A stretch of DNA of 64,000 nucleotides from an uncultured Candidatus Saccharibacteria bacterium. GTDB taxonomy: Bacteria > Patescibacteriota > Saccharimonadia > Saccharimonadales > Saccharimonadaceae. A program made the translations under genes and the position numbers. Every line of letters begins with the position of its first letter. Position 1 is the stretch's first letter. Positions 7,378 to 16,087 of this stretch are shown piece by piece. The notes below the pieces were generated by a model. The model searched no databases. It saw only the letters and a program-made list of their open reading frames with translations, and was not told the origin of the DNA. The stretch is from NCBI GenBank assembly GCA_963535375.1, contig CAUSVT010000004.1:41719-105718 (forward strand), in the 5' to 3' direction.

Positions 7378-8607
7378 TTAGCTGTTCCTACGTTTGATGA
7401 TCCAAAGGATACCTGCACCAATACCGACAGCTGCGAGTGAAGCGAGCGGCCAAACATTGTCACCAGTGTCAGCTAAGTAGCCTTCGCCAGTTGGCTTTGT
7501 TGGCTGAGCAACTGGTGCGCCAGGATTGGTTGGCTGAGCAGGAGTTGGCGTCGGGGTTGGTGTTGGTGGAGTTGGTGGGGTCGGTGGAGTGACTGGCGCT
7601 TCCTTAACGGTCGCAGTACTGATGAAGCCATTGTTCATAGCCGCCGCAATGCGAGCACCGTCGCTAGACATCGCAATAGAAGACCAAGCACCAGTTGCGG
7701 CTGTAGTCTGCTCTTCCCAGGTAGCACCTGAATCGCTTGAGACATATATCACACCGCCAGTGACAGTGGCAGCCAATTTAGTGCCATCAGCAGAGCTGGT
7801 GATGGCAGTCCAAGCACGGTTGCCAGAACCAGCTTGTTCTTGCCAGGTCACACCCGAGTCGCTTGAGGTGTATACTGCACCGCCATTGACAGTCGCGGCG
7901 AGCTTAGTACCATCGCTTGACCCAGTGATGGCAGTCCAAGCACGGTTGCCAGAACCAGCTTGTTCTTGCCAGGTCACACCCGAGTCGCTTGAGGTGTATA
8001 CTGCACCGCCATTGACAGTCGCGGCGAGCTTAGTACCATCGCTTGACCCAGTGATGGCAGTCCAAGCACGGTTGCCAGAACCAGCCTGCGGTGTCCACGT
8101 TGCGCCTGAGTTACTGGAAGTAAATACTGCGCCGTTTTTAGCTGTTGCAGCCAGTTTAGTACCGTCAGCAGAGCTGGCAATCGAAGTCCAATCAAAAGAA
8201 CCGCCGGATATACCATTGCTTCTCCAAGTCTGGCCTCTGTCGTCTGAGGTTAAAATGTAACCACCCCAGTGATACACACCAGCAAGTTTAGTACCGTCAG
8301 CAGAGCTGGTGATTGCAATCCAAGCACGAGAACCAGAATCAACTTGCTCTGTCCAGGTTTTACCTGCATCATCTGAGATGTAAGCTGAGCCGCCAGTCAT
8401 AGTCGCAACGAGCTTGGTACCGTCAGCAGAGCTGGCAATTGAGGTCCAAGCGCGACTACCAGAACCAGTCTGTTCTGTCCAGGTAACTACCTGTTTTGCG
8501 TTAGCTGACTGACTAAACACCGCAACCACCGCAGCGATTACTACCAAGCATCCCGCTTTAGCAGCGCGGGCTATCGTTCTTTTTCTATTACCCCAGAGCG
8601 ACCCCAT
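7378..8607 (-). CDS. Cell-wall-anchored BNR/Asp-box beta-propeller surface protein (8 blades, PT linker, LAxTG signal)
   Basis: It has a signal peptide and repeats of SSDSGVTWQEQAGSGNRAWTAITGSSDGTKLAATVNGGAVYT. A PPTPPTPPTPTPTPTP linker follows. The C-terminus has GYLADTG, a hydrophobic segment and KRRNS. A strong SD AAAAAGGAG precedes the ATG. Confidence 0.82.
   Translation of the reverse strand: MGSLWGNRKRTIARAAKAGCLVVIAAVVAVFSQSANAKQVVTWTEQTGSGSRAWTSIASSADGTKLVATMTGGSAYISDDAGKTWTEQVDSGSRAWIAITSSADGTKLAGVYHWGGYILTSDDRGQTWRSNGISGGSFDWTSIASSADGTKLAATAKNGAVFTSSNSGATWTPQAGSGNRAWTAITGSSDGTKLAATVNGGAVYTSSDSGVTWQEQAGSGNRAWTAITGSSDGTKLAATVNGGAVYTSSDSGVTWQEQAGSGNRAWTAITSSADGTKLAATVTGGVIYVSSDSGATWEEQTTAATGAWSSIAMSSDGARIAAAMNNGFISTATVKEAPVTPPTPPTPPTPTPTPTPAQPTNPGAPVAQPTKPTGEGYLADTGDNVWPLASLAAVGIGAGILWIIKRRNS
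7801..8085. repeat. Perfect 126-bp in-frame tandem repeat (2.26 units, one propeller blade per unit)
   Basis: Positions 7801-7926 are identical to 7927-8052. Positions 8053-8085 repeat the first 33 nt. Confidence 0.95.
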
Positions 8608-8660
8608 ATAAATAATCTCCTTTTTATTGTTTTATGACAATGTCTAATATAATCACTGCC

Positions 8661-8694
8661 AGTATATCACGATAGCGCTTACGTTAGCAAGCAT
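8661..8694 (-). promoter_or_regulatory. Promoter region of the BNR protein gene, with a motif shared with 3913-3942
   Basis: On the minus strand, TTGCTA (8685-8690) is followed by 18 nt and TGATATACT (8661-8669). The blocks ATGCTTGC / ACGT / AGCGCTAT also occur upstream of the GH16/BNR gene. Confidence 0.55.
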
Positions 8695-8716
8695 ATTTTG
8701 CCAAGTATTGACGACT

Positions 8717-9178
8717 TTATAATAGTTCACGCAAAATGGCTTGCCAATCAGGAAATTCATCTGAGCCAAACCGGATCAATCGCCCTGAAAAGTCGCCCGC
8801 ACCGTTTGCTGTCCGATCATCGATCAAGATATCACCCTGGCTTAGATGCTTGACCGACGAAAAAACAACCTTGCGAAAGAAAATATTTTCCCGGCCGTCA
8901 CCACCAAAATACTTCTTTACCCACGCCAATTTATCAGCCAACGCCGTCGGATTTTCCCATGGTGATGACGACAGAATATATAGATCATATTTTTCTTTCA
9001 AAGTATCAACTGCCTCAAGAGCCCCCGGCATCGGATCCATCAACGCAAAAACACCCGGAATATTGTCATACTCACCCGCAAACTTCTCGAGCATCTCAGG
9101 CGAAACCCTCGTCAAAGCCGACGTAAAGTCGACCAGTACGCCATCCATGTCGATGTAAATAATCGGTTTCTTCATCAT
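8717..9178 (-). CDS. 5'(3')-deoxyribonucleotidase (HAD superfamily, NT5C-like)
   Basis: MKKPIIYIDMDGVLVDF carries the HAD motif I (DxDGV). The size of 153 aa fits. Its start overlaps the lepA C-fragment stop. Confidence 0.72.
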   Translation of the reverse strand: MMKKPIIYIDMDGVLVDFTSALTRVSPEMLEKFAGEYDNIPGVFALMDPMPGALEAVDTLKEKYDLYILSSSPWENPTALADKLAWVKKYFGGDGRENIFFRKVVFSSVKHLSQGDILIDDRTANGAGDFSGRLIRFGSDEFPDWQAILRELL

Positions 9179-10140
9179 TAATCCCTCTTTAGCATCACTG
9201 TAAACGCTTCTGACGGAATGTCAACCTTGCCGAAGCGTTTCATACGCTTTTTACCGCGGGCCTGTTTGGCGAGGAGCTTCTTTTTACGACTAACATCGCC
9301 GCCGTACAGATAGCCGGTAACATCCTTGCGGTAGGCACCGATATTTTCTCGGGCGATAAACCTGCCGCCAATCGCCGCCTGCAACGCCACTTCAAAGCTC
9401 TGGCGCGGCACCACCTCTTTGAGCTTTTTGACGATTTCGCGGCCCAAGCCTGGCGCCTCCGAGCGGTGGCACATCACACTGAGAGCATCGACCATTTCGC
9501 CTGCTACATAGAAATCAACGCGTACCAAATCTTCCGGCTGATAGCCCGCTAGCTCATAATTAAACGAGCCATACCCGCTAGTCACCGACTTCAATTGATC
9601 ATAAAAATCCGTCAGCAAATTGGCCAGCGGCGCCGTAAACGAAATCAGTGCCCGCTCGTCGATGTAGCTGAGGTTTTTCTGCCGACCACGCTTGGCAACA
9701 ATCAGCTGAATCACCGCACCAATATAATCTTGTGGCACTACAATTTCACCGTCAATCCACGGCTCGCGAACCTCGGTAATTTGTGCTGGGTCAGGTAGTT
9801 CGCTGGCCGACTTAATATCCAACTCCTCGCCATTGGTGAGGCTGACTTGATAATCAGTACTCGGATTGGTGACGATGAGATCCAAATTATACTCGCGCTC
9901 CAGCCGCTCACGAATGATATCCATATGGAGCAAACCAAGAAAGCCGATCCGCACACCATAGCCCAGCACCGGCGAATTTTCCGGCTCAAACTGCAGCGCC
10001 GAATCACTGAGACTCAACTTCTCAATCGCCTCCTTCAGGTCATTATAATCTTCGTTAGACACCGGGAAGAAGCCCGCATAGACGAAGGGCTTGACTTCTT
10101 TGTAGCCAGGGAGGGGCTGGACAGTCATTTTTACAGTCAT
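9178..10140 (-). CDS. lepA: Elongation factor 4 (LepA), C-terminal fragment (domains III, V and the LepA-specific CTD)
   Basis: QPLPGYKEVKPFVYAGFFPVS...LSLSDSALQFEPENSPVLGYGVRIGFLGLLHMDIIRERLEREYNLDL is collinear with E. coli and B. subtilis LepA from the domain II/III linker onward. The fragment begins MTVKMTV. Confidence 0.9.
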   Translation of the reverse strand: MTVKMTVQPLPGYKEVKPFVYAGFFPVSNEDYNDLKEAIEKLSLSDSALQFEPENSPVLGYGVRIGFLGLLHMDIIRERLEREYNLDLIVTNPSTDYQVSLTNGEELDIKSASELPDPAQITEVREPWIDGEIVVPQDYIGAVIQLIVAKRGRQKNLSYIDERALISFTAPLANLLTDFYDQLKSVTSGYGSFNYELAGYQPEDLVRVDFYVAGEMVDALSVMCHRSEAPGLGREIVKKLKEVVPRQSFEVALQAAIGGRFIARENIGAYRKDVTGYLYGGDVSRKKKLLAKQARGKKRMKRFGKVDIPSEAFTVMLKRD

Positions 10141-10148
10141 TTCGTTAT

Positions 10149-10157
10149 ATTATAGCA
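10149..10157 (-). promoter_or_regulatory. Extended -10 box (TGCTATAAT) 8 nt upstream of the lepA C-fragment ATG
   Basis: The minus strand reads aaaTGCTATAATataacgaaATG. Confidence 0.65.
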
Positions 10158-10200
10158 TTTTACAGAGATACCGTCGAATCACCGTGTTAGTTTATATTCC

Positions 10201-10752
10201 TCACGGAGTATACGACGTGTGCATATCAACTCGCCTCGAAGGTGAGGCTAATGGATACATATAGGGCAGTTCTCTGTTTGGCACAATATCATAATATCGA
10301 CGATACCGGTCGTCATTAAATTCAGACTCATTACCCTTAACGAAATGTAGCGCTGGATGGTTCCTCGAAGTAGTACCACGCTTCACCAATAATCCAACAT
10401 GCGACCACGTTTCCGACGTGACGTCTGGCTCCAGCCCGTACTTAGCAAGCAACAAGGCAATGATAGGTTTGCGGATGACCGAGGTAGTTCCTGGTTCAAG
10501 ACCAAGCGCAGGAGTTACCTCCTCAAAGAAATATTCCAACATGGACGTGCCAGCCCGATATTCAGACGGAGCATCACGAAACAGCATGCCAGCGAAGCAC
10601 GCCTTTTTGCCAAGCCTCGCATAACTAAGCCGCGCCATGGGCTTATCCGCATTTTCCCCAAACATAATTCTTTCTACTCCAGACGGCGCAGTTCGCGCAT
10701 GAGCTGGAACGCGGTCTCCATTGGCAAACGTAATTGGCGGTAACTCATTCAT
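10201..10752 (-). CDS. Hypothetical protein (183 aa), second gene of the insert splitting lepA
   Basis: Long ORF on the same strand as lepA. TATTAT lies 8 nt upstream of its ATG. I recognised no motif. Confidence 0.6.
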   Translation of the reverse strand: MNELPPITFANGDRVPAHARTAPSGVERIMFGENADKPMARLSYARLGKKACFAGMLFRDAPSEYRAGTSMLEYFFEEVTPALGLEPGTTSVIRKPIIALLLAKYGLEPDVTSETWSHVGLLVKRGTTSRNHPALHFVKGNESEFNDDRYRRYYDIVPNRELPYMYPLASPSRRVDMHTSYTP

Positions 10753-10905
10753 AGCTAATCATAATATTTCTTACTGTCACCGTATCGCTCGTCCCTTTGA
10801 GGACAGCGATAGTGCCGTCAAGCAACGACTCGACAGCTATCTGTGACAGATTATCAGATTATACTATACCATCTTAAGTTAATTATGTCTATGAAATAAA
10901 CGATT

Positions 10906-11595
10906 CTACTGATTAGCATACCGCTCGATACGCTTAGCCCGCAGTGTTAGCATGTCAGTCAAGTCCTGCAGATATACTGTGTACTGCTCAACGGTCTGAG
11001 GCAACGGTGACGATTGGAAATTATCAAAATCTGTTAGTATGTTAACTTGGTATTCGTCATCAACAAAATCTTGCAACAAGAAAAAATCGACATAGCCCCG
11101 AAAATCACCAAACCACTCAAAAAAGTCACCATAACGATCAAAAACATCAGCCAGCGGACTGTCTTCACCCCGATACCAGCGGGCAATACATTCTAACGTT
11201 AGGTCAAATCGATCACCAATTTTGCGATGCCAGCCTCTCGCACGATTGATGGTTTGCGTACCGCCGCGTAATTCGCTGGGGAAGACAATCTCTGAACCGA
11301 TCGTCCAACCAACATCCTCTATTATCGTCAAAACATCTTGCGACATCTTCTCAACAAGTAATTTATTACGCTTCCAAGGTCTAAAAGTAGCCGCCATATT
11401 ATCGCTCGAAACAGGAATCTGACACCGACCGTCACTGGCTATTAAGTAGGCTCCCTGATCCAGCATAGTCAGTTGACAGCCATCAGGTAGCGGTTTAGTC
11501 CATAGCTCAGCGTGATAGCGTTTTAACGTCAGGCTGTGCTGATCTGGATCTCTACCATGAGCATCTTGACGACAATCAAACCAAGGATCAATCAT
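10906..11595 (-). CDS. Hypothetical protein (229 aa), first gene of the insert; resembles a widespread uncharacterised family (possibly DUF6994, from memory)
   Basis: The ATG lies 2 nt after the lepA N-fragment stop. The motifs RDPDQHSLTLKRYHAELWTKPLPDG, INRARGWHRKIGDRFDLTLECIARWYRG and FGDFRGYVDFFLLQDFV look like a conserved family I cannot name with certainty. Confidence 0.65.
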   Translation of the reverse strand: MIDPWFDCRQDAHGRDPDQHSLTLKRYHAELWTKPLPDGCQLTMLDQGAYLIASDGRCQIPVSSDNMAATFRPWKRNKLLVEKMSQDVLTIIEDVGWTIGSEIVFPSELRGGTQTINRARGWHRKIGDRFDLTLECIARWYRGEDSPLADVFDRYGDFFEWFGDFRGYVDFFLLQDFVDDEYQVNILTDFDNFQSSPLPQTVEQYTVYLQDLTDMLTLRAKRIERYANQ

Positions 11596-11597
11596 CG

Positions 11598-12557
11598 CTA
11601 GCCTATATACTTCTTCAACGTCACCGTATCACCCACCCGCGCTTCACGCGTGGTTTTGAGGTTGGTGACAATGTAACCAATTTCACCAGTGTCCAGCGAT
11701 GGGTCGGGGATCATGCTAGGACTAAGATGACCAACTTCCAGCGCCAAGCCGTTCGCACCAGTTGCCATCATGTGAATCGCTTCGCCTTTTTTGATCTGGC
11801 CGTCAACCACCCTGACATACAAAATCACCCCGCGATAATCATCATAATAACTATCGAAAATCAGCGCCCGCGTCGGAAGATCAGCCAACACAACATCAGG
11901 ATGCTCGACCGCCAGTGGCGAAGTCGGCGCCGGAATTCGCTCAACAATCGCCTCCAAAACTTGATTAACATTCTGTCCAGTTTTAGCGGAAATATGAATA
12001 ATCTCACTCTCATCGCATCCCAGCAAATTTATCACCTGCTTGGACACCCGCGGCACATCGGCGGCTGGCAAATCGACTTTATTGAGCACCGGAATAATTG
12101 TCAAATCTTGCTCCATCGCCAAGTACACATTCGCTAACGTCTGCGCCTGAATACCCTGACTGGCGTCAACCACCAACACCGCCCCCTCACAAGCCTGCAA
12201 CGAGCGACTAACTTCGTAACTAAAATCAACGTGGCCAGGCGTGTCGATGAGATTGAGATCGTACGGTCCAGCTGGCGGCAATCCTTCCGGTGAATCGATA
12301 GCCCTGTCGCTGGCGCTGCCTGCGACATTCGATTCAGAGGTGGCGGTTGCCGCTGGCTGGCGGTAATGGTACTTCATCCGCACCGGCGCCAGCTTAATGG
12401 TAATTCCTTTCTCACGCTCCAAATCCATGCTATCCAACAGCTGCGACTTCATCTCGCGCTTCTCCACTGTCCCCGTCATCTCCATCATCCGATCAGCCAG
12501 CGTCGACTTGCCGTGATCGATGTGAGCGATGATGCAAAAATTGCGGATAGCTTCCAT
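11598..12557 (-). CDS. lepA: Elongation factor 4 (LepA), N-terminal fragment (GTPase domain and domain II)
   Basis: The motifs [12 protein letters not shown] (G1), DTPGH (G3) and NKVD (G4) are present. The ORF ends ...[16 protein letters not shown]-stop. Its start overlaps the murJ stop (ATGA). Confidence 0.92.
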   Translation of the reverse strand: MEAIRNFCIIAHIDHGKSTLADRMMEMTGTVEKREMKSQLLDSMDLEREKGITIKLAPVRMKYHYRQPAATATSESNVAGSASDRAIDSPEGLPPAGPYDLNLIDTPGHVDFSYEVSRSLQACEGAVLVVDASQGIQAQTLANVYLAMEQDLTIIPVLNKVDLPAADVPRVSKQVINLLGCDESEIIHISAKTGQNVNQVLEAIVERIPAPTSPLAVEHPDVVLADLPTRALIFDSYYDDYRGVILYVRVVDGQIKKGEAIHMMATGANGLALEVGHLSPSMIPDPSLDTGEIGYIVTNLKTTREARVGDTVTLKKYIG

Positions 12558-14212
12558 CAGCGTCGTTTCCCGTCCAAACGCACAAACAAGAACTTATTCA
12601 CTTGCCTGATGATCGGCTCAACTTCTGGTAATTTGAGCATCCGCGACATCAGACCATAAGCCAAGAAACTCACACCAGCGATAATCATAAACTTCGGAAA
12701 GGCTGAGAAGAAGCTGCTGTCGCTCTCGCGAAATGGCAACACCTGTAACATCAAATAACAAACGATTCCTGCTACCGTTGATGCCACGATCATACGCAAC
12801 ACCGCCGCCACGAACGAAGCGTCAAACAAGTGTGGAATTCGTTTTTCTAACACAACAAATAAAATCACTACCTCAATGACAGCCACTGTCGACTGTGCCC
12901 ACGCCAGTCCATAGGCGCCCATTTTCAGCACCATTGATAAGACAATTGCCAGTACTACATTCAAGCCAATAGCCGCAAAAGAGATGTTTAGCGGTGTTTT
13001 TGTGTCCTGTTGTGCGTAAAATGCCCGAGCCGCCATGTGGTAGATGGTACGGAACAAAATCGCTACGACCAGACATCCCAAAATACCCGCCATCATCGGG
13101 TCTCCGGTGTTGCGGATAAAGTGAACAACATACCCTCGCGTGAAAAATGTTATGACGGACACTGGCAAGGCCATCCAAATGATCACCCGTAGCAATTGGC
13201 GCAAATCTTTTTGAAACAAATCCTGGCGATTATTGCCCAAATGCTCAGTCAACTGAGGAAACGCTGCATTAGAAACCGCCACACCGATGAGGTTGATCGG
13301 CATCATGTGTAGCGTTAAAGCCTGCTGATAAGCACGAATAACACCATCACCCAGTCGAGAAGCCAAGTTCACTTCCACGAGGCTAACGGCGTAGTCCATA
13401 CCCTGGTCAACCGAACGCGCTGGCAGCAAACTCAACACTTTGCGAAAACCGCGGTTACGCCAGTGCAGCTTAAACTCATAGTCAAAGCCCAAACCGACCA
13501 ACCCGACAGCACTAACGATAAGCTGCATCACCGAACCAAGCACCACACCCAGCGCCACGCCCATGATGCCGCCCTCAAAGATCTGCCAACCAAAGATATT
13601 GATACCATTCGTAAACCAGACTGTACCGATGATGATACCAATATTATAAATCATCGGCGCGAGAGCATAAAAGGTGAAACGCCCCACCGCTTGCTGGATA
13701 CTAGCGATGACGGCAGCGATTGCAAAGATAAATGGGTTGACAGCGATCACCCGCATCATGCTAACTGCCAACGCATGACCTGATTCACTCATTCCCGGCG
13801 CAATGAAATAGCGCATCAATGGATCAGCAAAGATGATGATGAGCACACTAGCAGCCAGGGTGGTTAGTGCCATGAAATTGATCATGCTGGAGCTAATCTG
13901 CCAAGCTGACTGCTTATTTCCCTTGGTCCACCGCTCATTAAACACCGGGATGAAGGTCACACTTAGCGCACCCGACACCAAAATAGCAAACATAAAGTCC
14001 GGCACCATGAACGCCGCAGTGTACGCGTCAAGACCAACAACATAACCCGCCAGCCCTGCTTCTTTGTTGGGCATATATGCAGCGTTCAGCAAACGGTCAC
14101 GCCAAAATCCCAGCAGACTACTCAGCAGCATAGATCCTGCCAATAGACTGGCTGCCAATTTCACGGTCAGCCGCTGATTCACTTTGGTGACTGCTTGCCG
14201 AACTCGCCCCAT
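12557..14212 (-). CDS. murJ: Lipid II flippase MurJ (MviN family)
   Basis: 551 aa and polytopic. The N-terminus [18 protein letters not shown] and the overall MOP-family pattern fit MurJ. Confidence 0.85.
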   Translation of the reverse strand: MGRVRQAVTKVNQRLTVKLAASLLAGSMLLSSLLGFWRDRLLNAAYMPNKEAGLAGYVVGLDAYTAAFMVPDFMFAILVSGALSVTFIPVFNERWTKGNKQSAWQISSSMINFMALTTLAASVLIIIFADPLMRYFIAPGMSESGHALAVSMMRVIAVNPFIFAIAAVIASIQQAVGRFTFYALAPMIYNIGIIIGTVWFTNGINIFGWQIFEGGIMGVALGVVLGSVMQLIVSAVGLVGLGFDYEFKLHWRNRGFRKVLSLLPARSVDQGMDYAVSLVEVNLASRLGDGVIRAYQQALTLHMMPINLIGVAVSNAAFPQLTEHLGNNRQDLFQKDLRQLLRVIIWMALPVSVITFFTRGYVVHFIRNTGDPMMAGILGCLVVAILFRTIYHMAARAFYAQQDTKTPLNISFAAIGLNVVLAIVLSMVLKMGAYGLAWAQSTVAVIEVVILFVVLEKRIPHLFDASFVAAVLRMIVASTVAGIVCYLMLQVLPFRESDSSFFSAFPKFMIIAGVSFLAYGLMSRMLKLPEVEPIIRQVNKFLFVRLDGKRR

Positions 14213-14218
14213 AATCGA

Positions 14219-16087
14219 TTATGCGTGAAGTTTTGCTTCCTTTGGCAACTTAGTACCCTTGAGTATCTCTGCCACCGCTTCTTCCTCCAAGGTTTCGTCC
14301 TTGAGCAGTGCCGCAGCCAATTTGTCCAGATGTGAACGATTGGCTTTCAGAACCGTCATAGCTCGCGTCTTCGCTTCATTGATCAGCGCTGCCACCTCTT
14401 GGTCTATCTGCTTGGCCGTTTCATCTGAGTACGGCCGCTCACGGGTCATCTTGTCAAACATCAATCCACCATTGTCTTCGTGAAAGACTTGATCACGCAA
14501 AGCCTTACCCATACCTTGCTCAATCACCATATCACGAGCAATCTGGGTCGCATTACGCAGGTCAGAACCTGCTCCGGTAGTGATACCATCATCGCCGTAC
14601 AAAATCTGCTCAGCCACACGTCCACCCATGGCCCGCGCCAAAATGTCTTTAAATTCATAGACGTTGGTGTAACTCTTGTCCTCTGGCGGCAAGAACCACG
14701 TCACACCACCAGTGCCACCGCGTGGAATGATAGTAACTTTGTGAACTGGATCAGAGTCCGGCAAGACGTGGCCGACGATGGCATGGCCAGCTTCGTGGTA
14801 CGCCGTCAATTCCTTTTCCTTGTCGCTCATGACCTTGGCCTTACGCTCTGGACCAATCGCTACTCGTTCAAAGGCTTCGGTCAATTCCTCATTGGTAATC
14901 TTTTTCTTGTTGCGTCGTGCAGCGATGATGGCAGACTCGTTGGCGATGTTTGCCAAATCAGCACCGCTTGAACCAGCTGTCTTTGCTGCCAACGCGTCCA
15001 AATTGACGGTGTCGTCAGTTGGCTTGTTCTTAAAGTGAACTTTCAAAATAGCTTCGCGGTCTTTGCGCTCTGGCAGCATGATATTAACTCGCCGGTCAAA
15101 ACGACCAGGACGCAGCAACGCTGGATCCAACACATCTGCTCGGTTGGTAGCCGCCAGGACGATCACATTCGTGTCGCCGTCAAAGCCATCCATTTCCACC
15201 AAAATCTGATTCAAGGTCTGTTCGCGCTCATCATGTCCGCCGCCCATACCAGAGCCACGTTTACGACCAACCGCGTCAATCTCATCGATGAAAATGATGC
15301 ATGGTGCATTCTTCTTGGCCTTGGTAAACAAGTCACGGACTCGTGACGCACCAACTCCAACAAACATCTCCACAAACTCCGAACCGGAGATAGAGAAAAA
15401 TGGCACGCCTGCTTCGCCAGCTACAGCTCGCGCCAGCATGGTTTTACCAGTACCTGGGTGACCGACCAACAATACTCCTCGTGGAATCTTAGCGCCGAGC
15501 TCACGGTATTTCTTTGGATTTTTCAGGAAATCAACGACTTCTTGCAAGTCTTGCTTAGCGTTATCATTACCAGCGATGTCTTCAAAGTTAACCTTTTCTT
15601 TGTCTTCGCCATACAATCGAGCTTTTGATTTACCAAAGCCCATGGCTTGGTTATTCTGCCCCTGACTCTGTCGCATCATAAACACAAAGAAACCGATGAT
15701 CAAAATAACCGGCACAAAAGTGATGGCAACATTCCATACCACTTCACCAGTGCGTGACTGTGGCACAACCTTCACTTCAACCGGCGCGTCTTTCTTGAGG
15801 CCTTGCTCATAAATACTGCTGTTTTCTTTGATGGATTTTTCTGTTGGCTTATCTTGGTCTTTAACCGTCACCGTCAGGTCGTTGCCCTGGACTTGGATGA
15901 GTTTAATGTCACCCTTGTTCGCTCGGCTGACCACATCGCTCAAAGCCACTTCCTTCAAATTAGCGTGCTGCGCAGTTGACGCATACACCGCCAAACCAAT
16001 CAATACAACAATCGCCCAAAAAAGGCCCAGTCGCATAAACTGACTGATTTTATTCTTGCCATTCTTGTTCGGCATCTTTACCGCCAT
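14219..16087 (-). CDS. ftsH: ATP-dependent zinc metalloprotease FtsH
   Basis: It has Walker A GHPGTGKT, the SRH segment, the HEAGH zinc site and an N-terminal TM anchor. Confidence 0.97.
   Translation of the reverse strand: MAVKMPNKNGKNKISQFMRLGLFWAIVVLIGLAVYASTAQHANLKEVALSDVVSRANKGDIKLIQVQGNDLTVTVKDQDKPTEKSIKENSSIYEQGLKKDAPVEVKVVPQSRTGEVVWNVAITFVPVILIIGFFVFMMRQSQGQNNQAMGFGKSKARLYGEDKEKVNFEDIAGNDNAKQDLQEVVDFLKNPKKYRELGAKIPRGVLLVGHPGTGKTMLARAVAGEAGVPFFSISGSEFVEMFVGVGASRVRDLFTKAKKNAPCIIFIDEIDAVGRKRGSGMGGGHDEREQTLNQILVEMDGFDGDTNVIVLAATNRADVLDPALLRPGRFDRRVNIMLPERKDREAILKVHFKNKPTDDTVNLDALAAKTAGSSGADLANIANESAIIAARRNKKKITNEELTEAFERVAIGPERKAKVMSDKEKELTAYHEAGHAIVGHVLPDSDPVHKVTIIPRGGTGGVTWFLPPEDKSYTNVYEFKDILARAMGGRVAEQILYGDDGITTGAGSDLRNATQIARDMVIEQGMGKALRDQVFHEDNGGLMFDKMTRERPYSDETAKQIDQEVAALINEAKTRAMTVLKANRSHLDKLAAALLKDETLEEEAVAEILKGTKLPKEAKLHA

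Noticed and set aside
7801-8085. Whether the perfect direct repeats (here and at 2251-2522) could be a CRISPR array or a mobile-element terminus.
   Set aside because: The units are contiguous with no spacers, are 126 bp long, are in frame, and each encodes one propeller blade. No cas or transposase genes are present.
7589-8260. A 223-aa plus-strand ORF and an 80-aa minus-strand ORF inside the BNR protein gene.
   Set aside because: These are antisense or alternate-frame images of the tandem blade repeats. The minus-strand frame with the signal peptide, Asp-boxes and LAxTG signal is clearly the real gene.
10141-11597. An intein, group I/II intron or homing-endonuclease explanation for the lepA interruption.
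   Set aside because: The insert is not in frame with lepA: stop and start codons flank it. There are no intein block motifs (no Cys/Ser-start ... HN-Cys junctions). I saw no LAGLIDADG, GIY-YIG, HNH or reverse-transcriptase motifs, and each ORF has its own -10 box. I cannot exclude an RNA-level element without structure or covariance searches.
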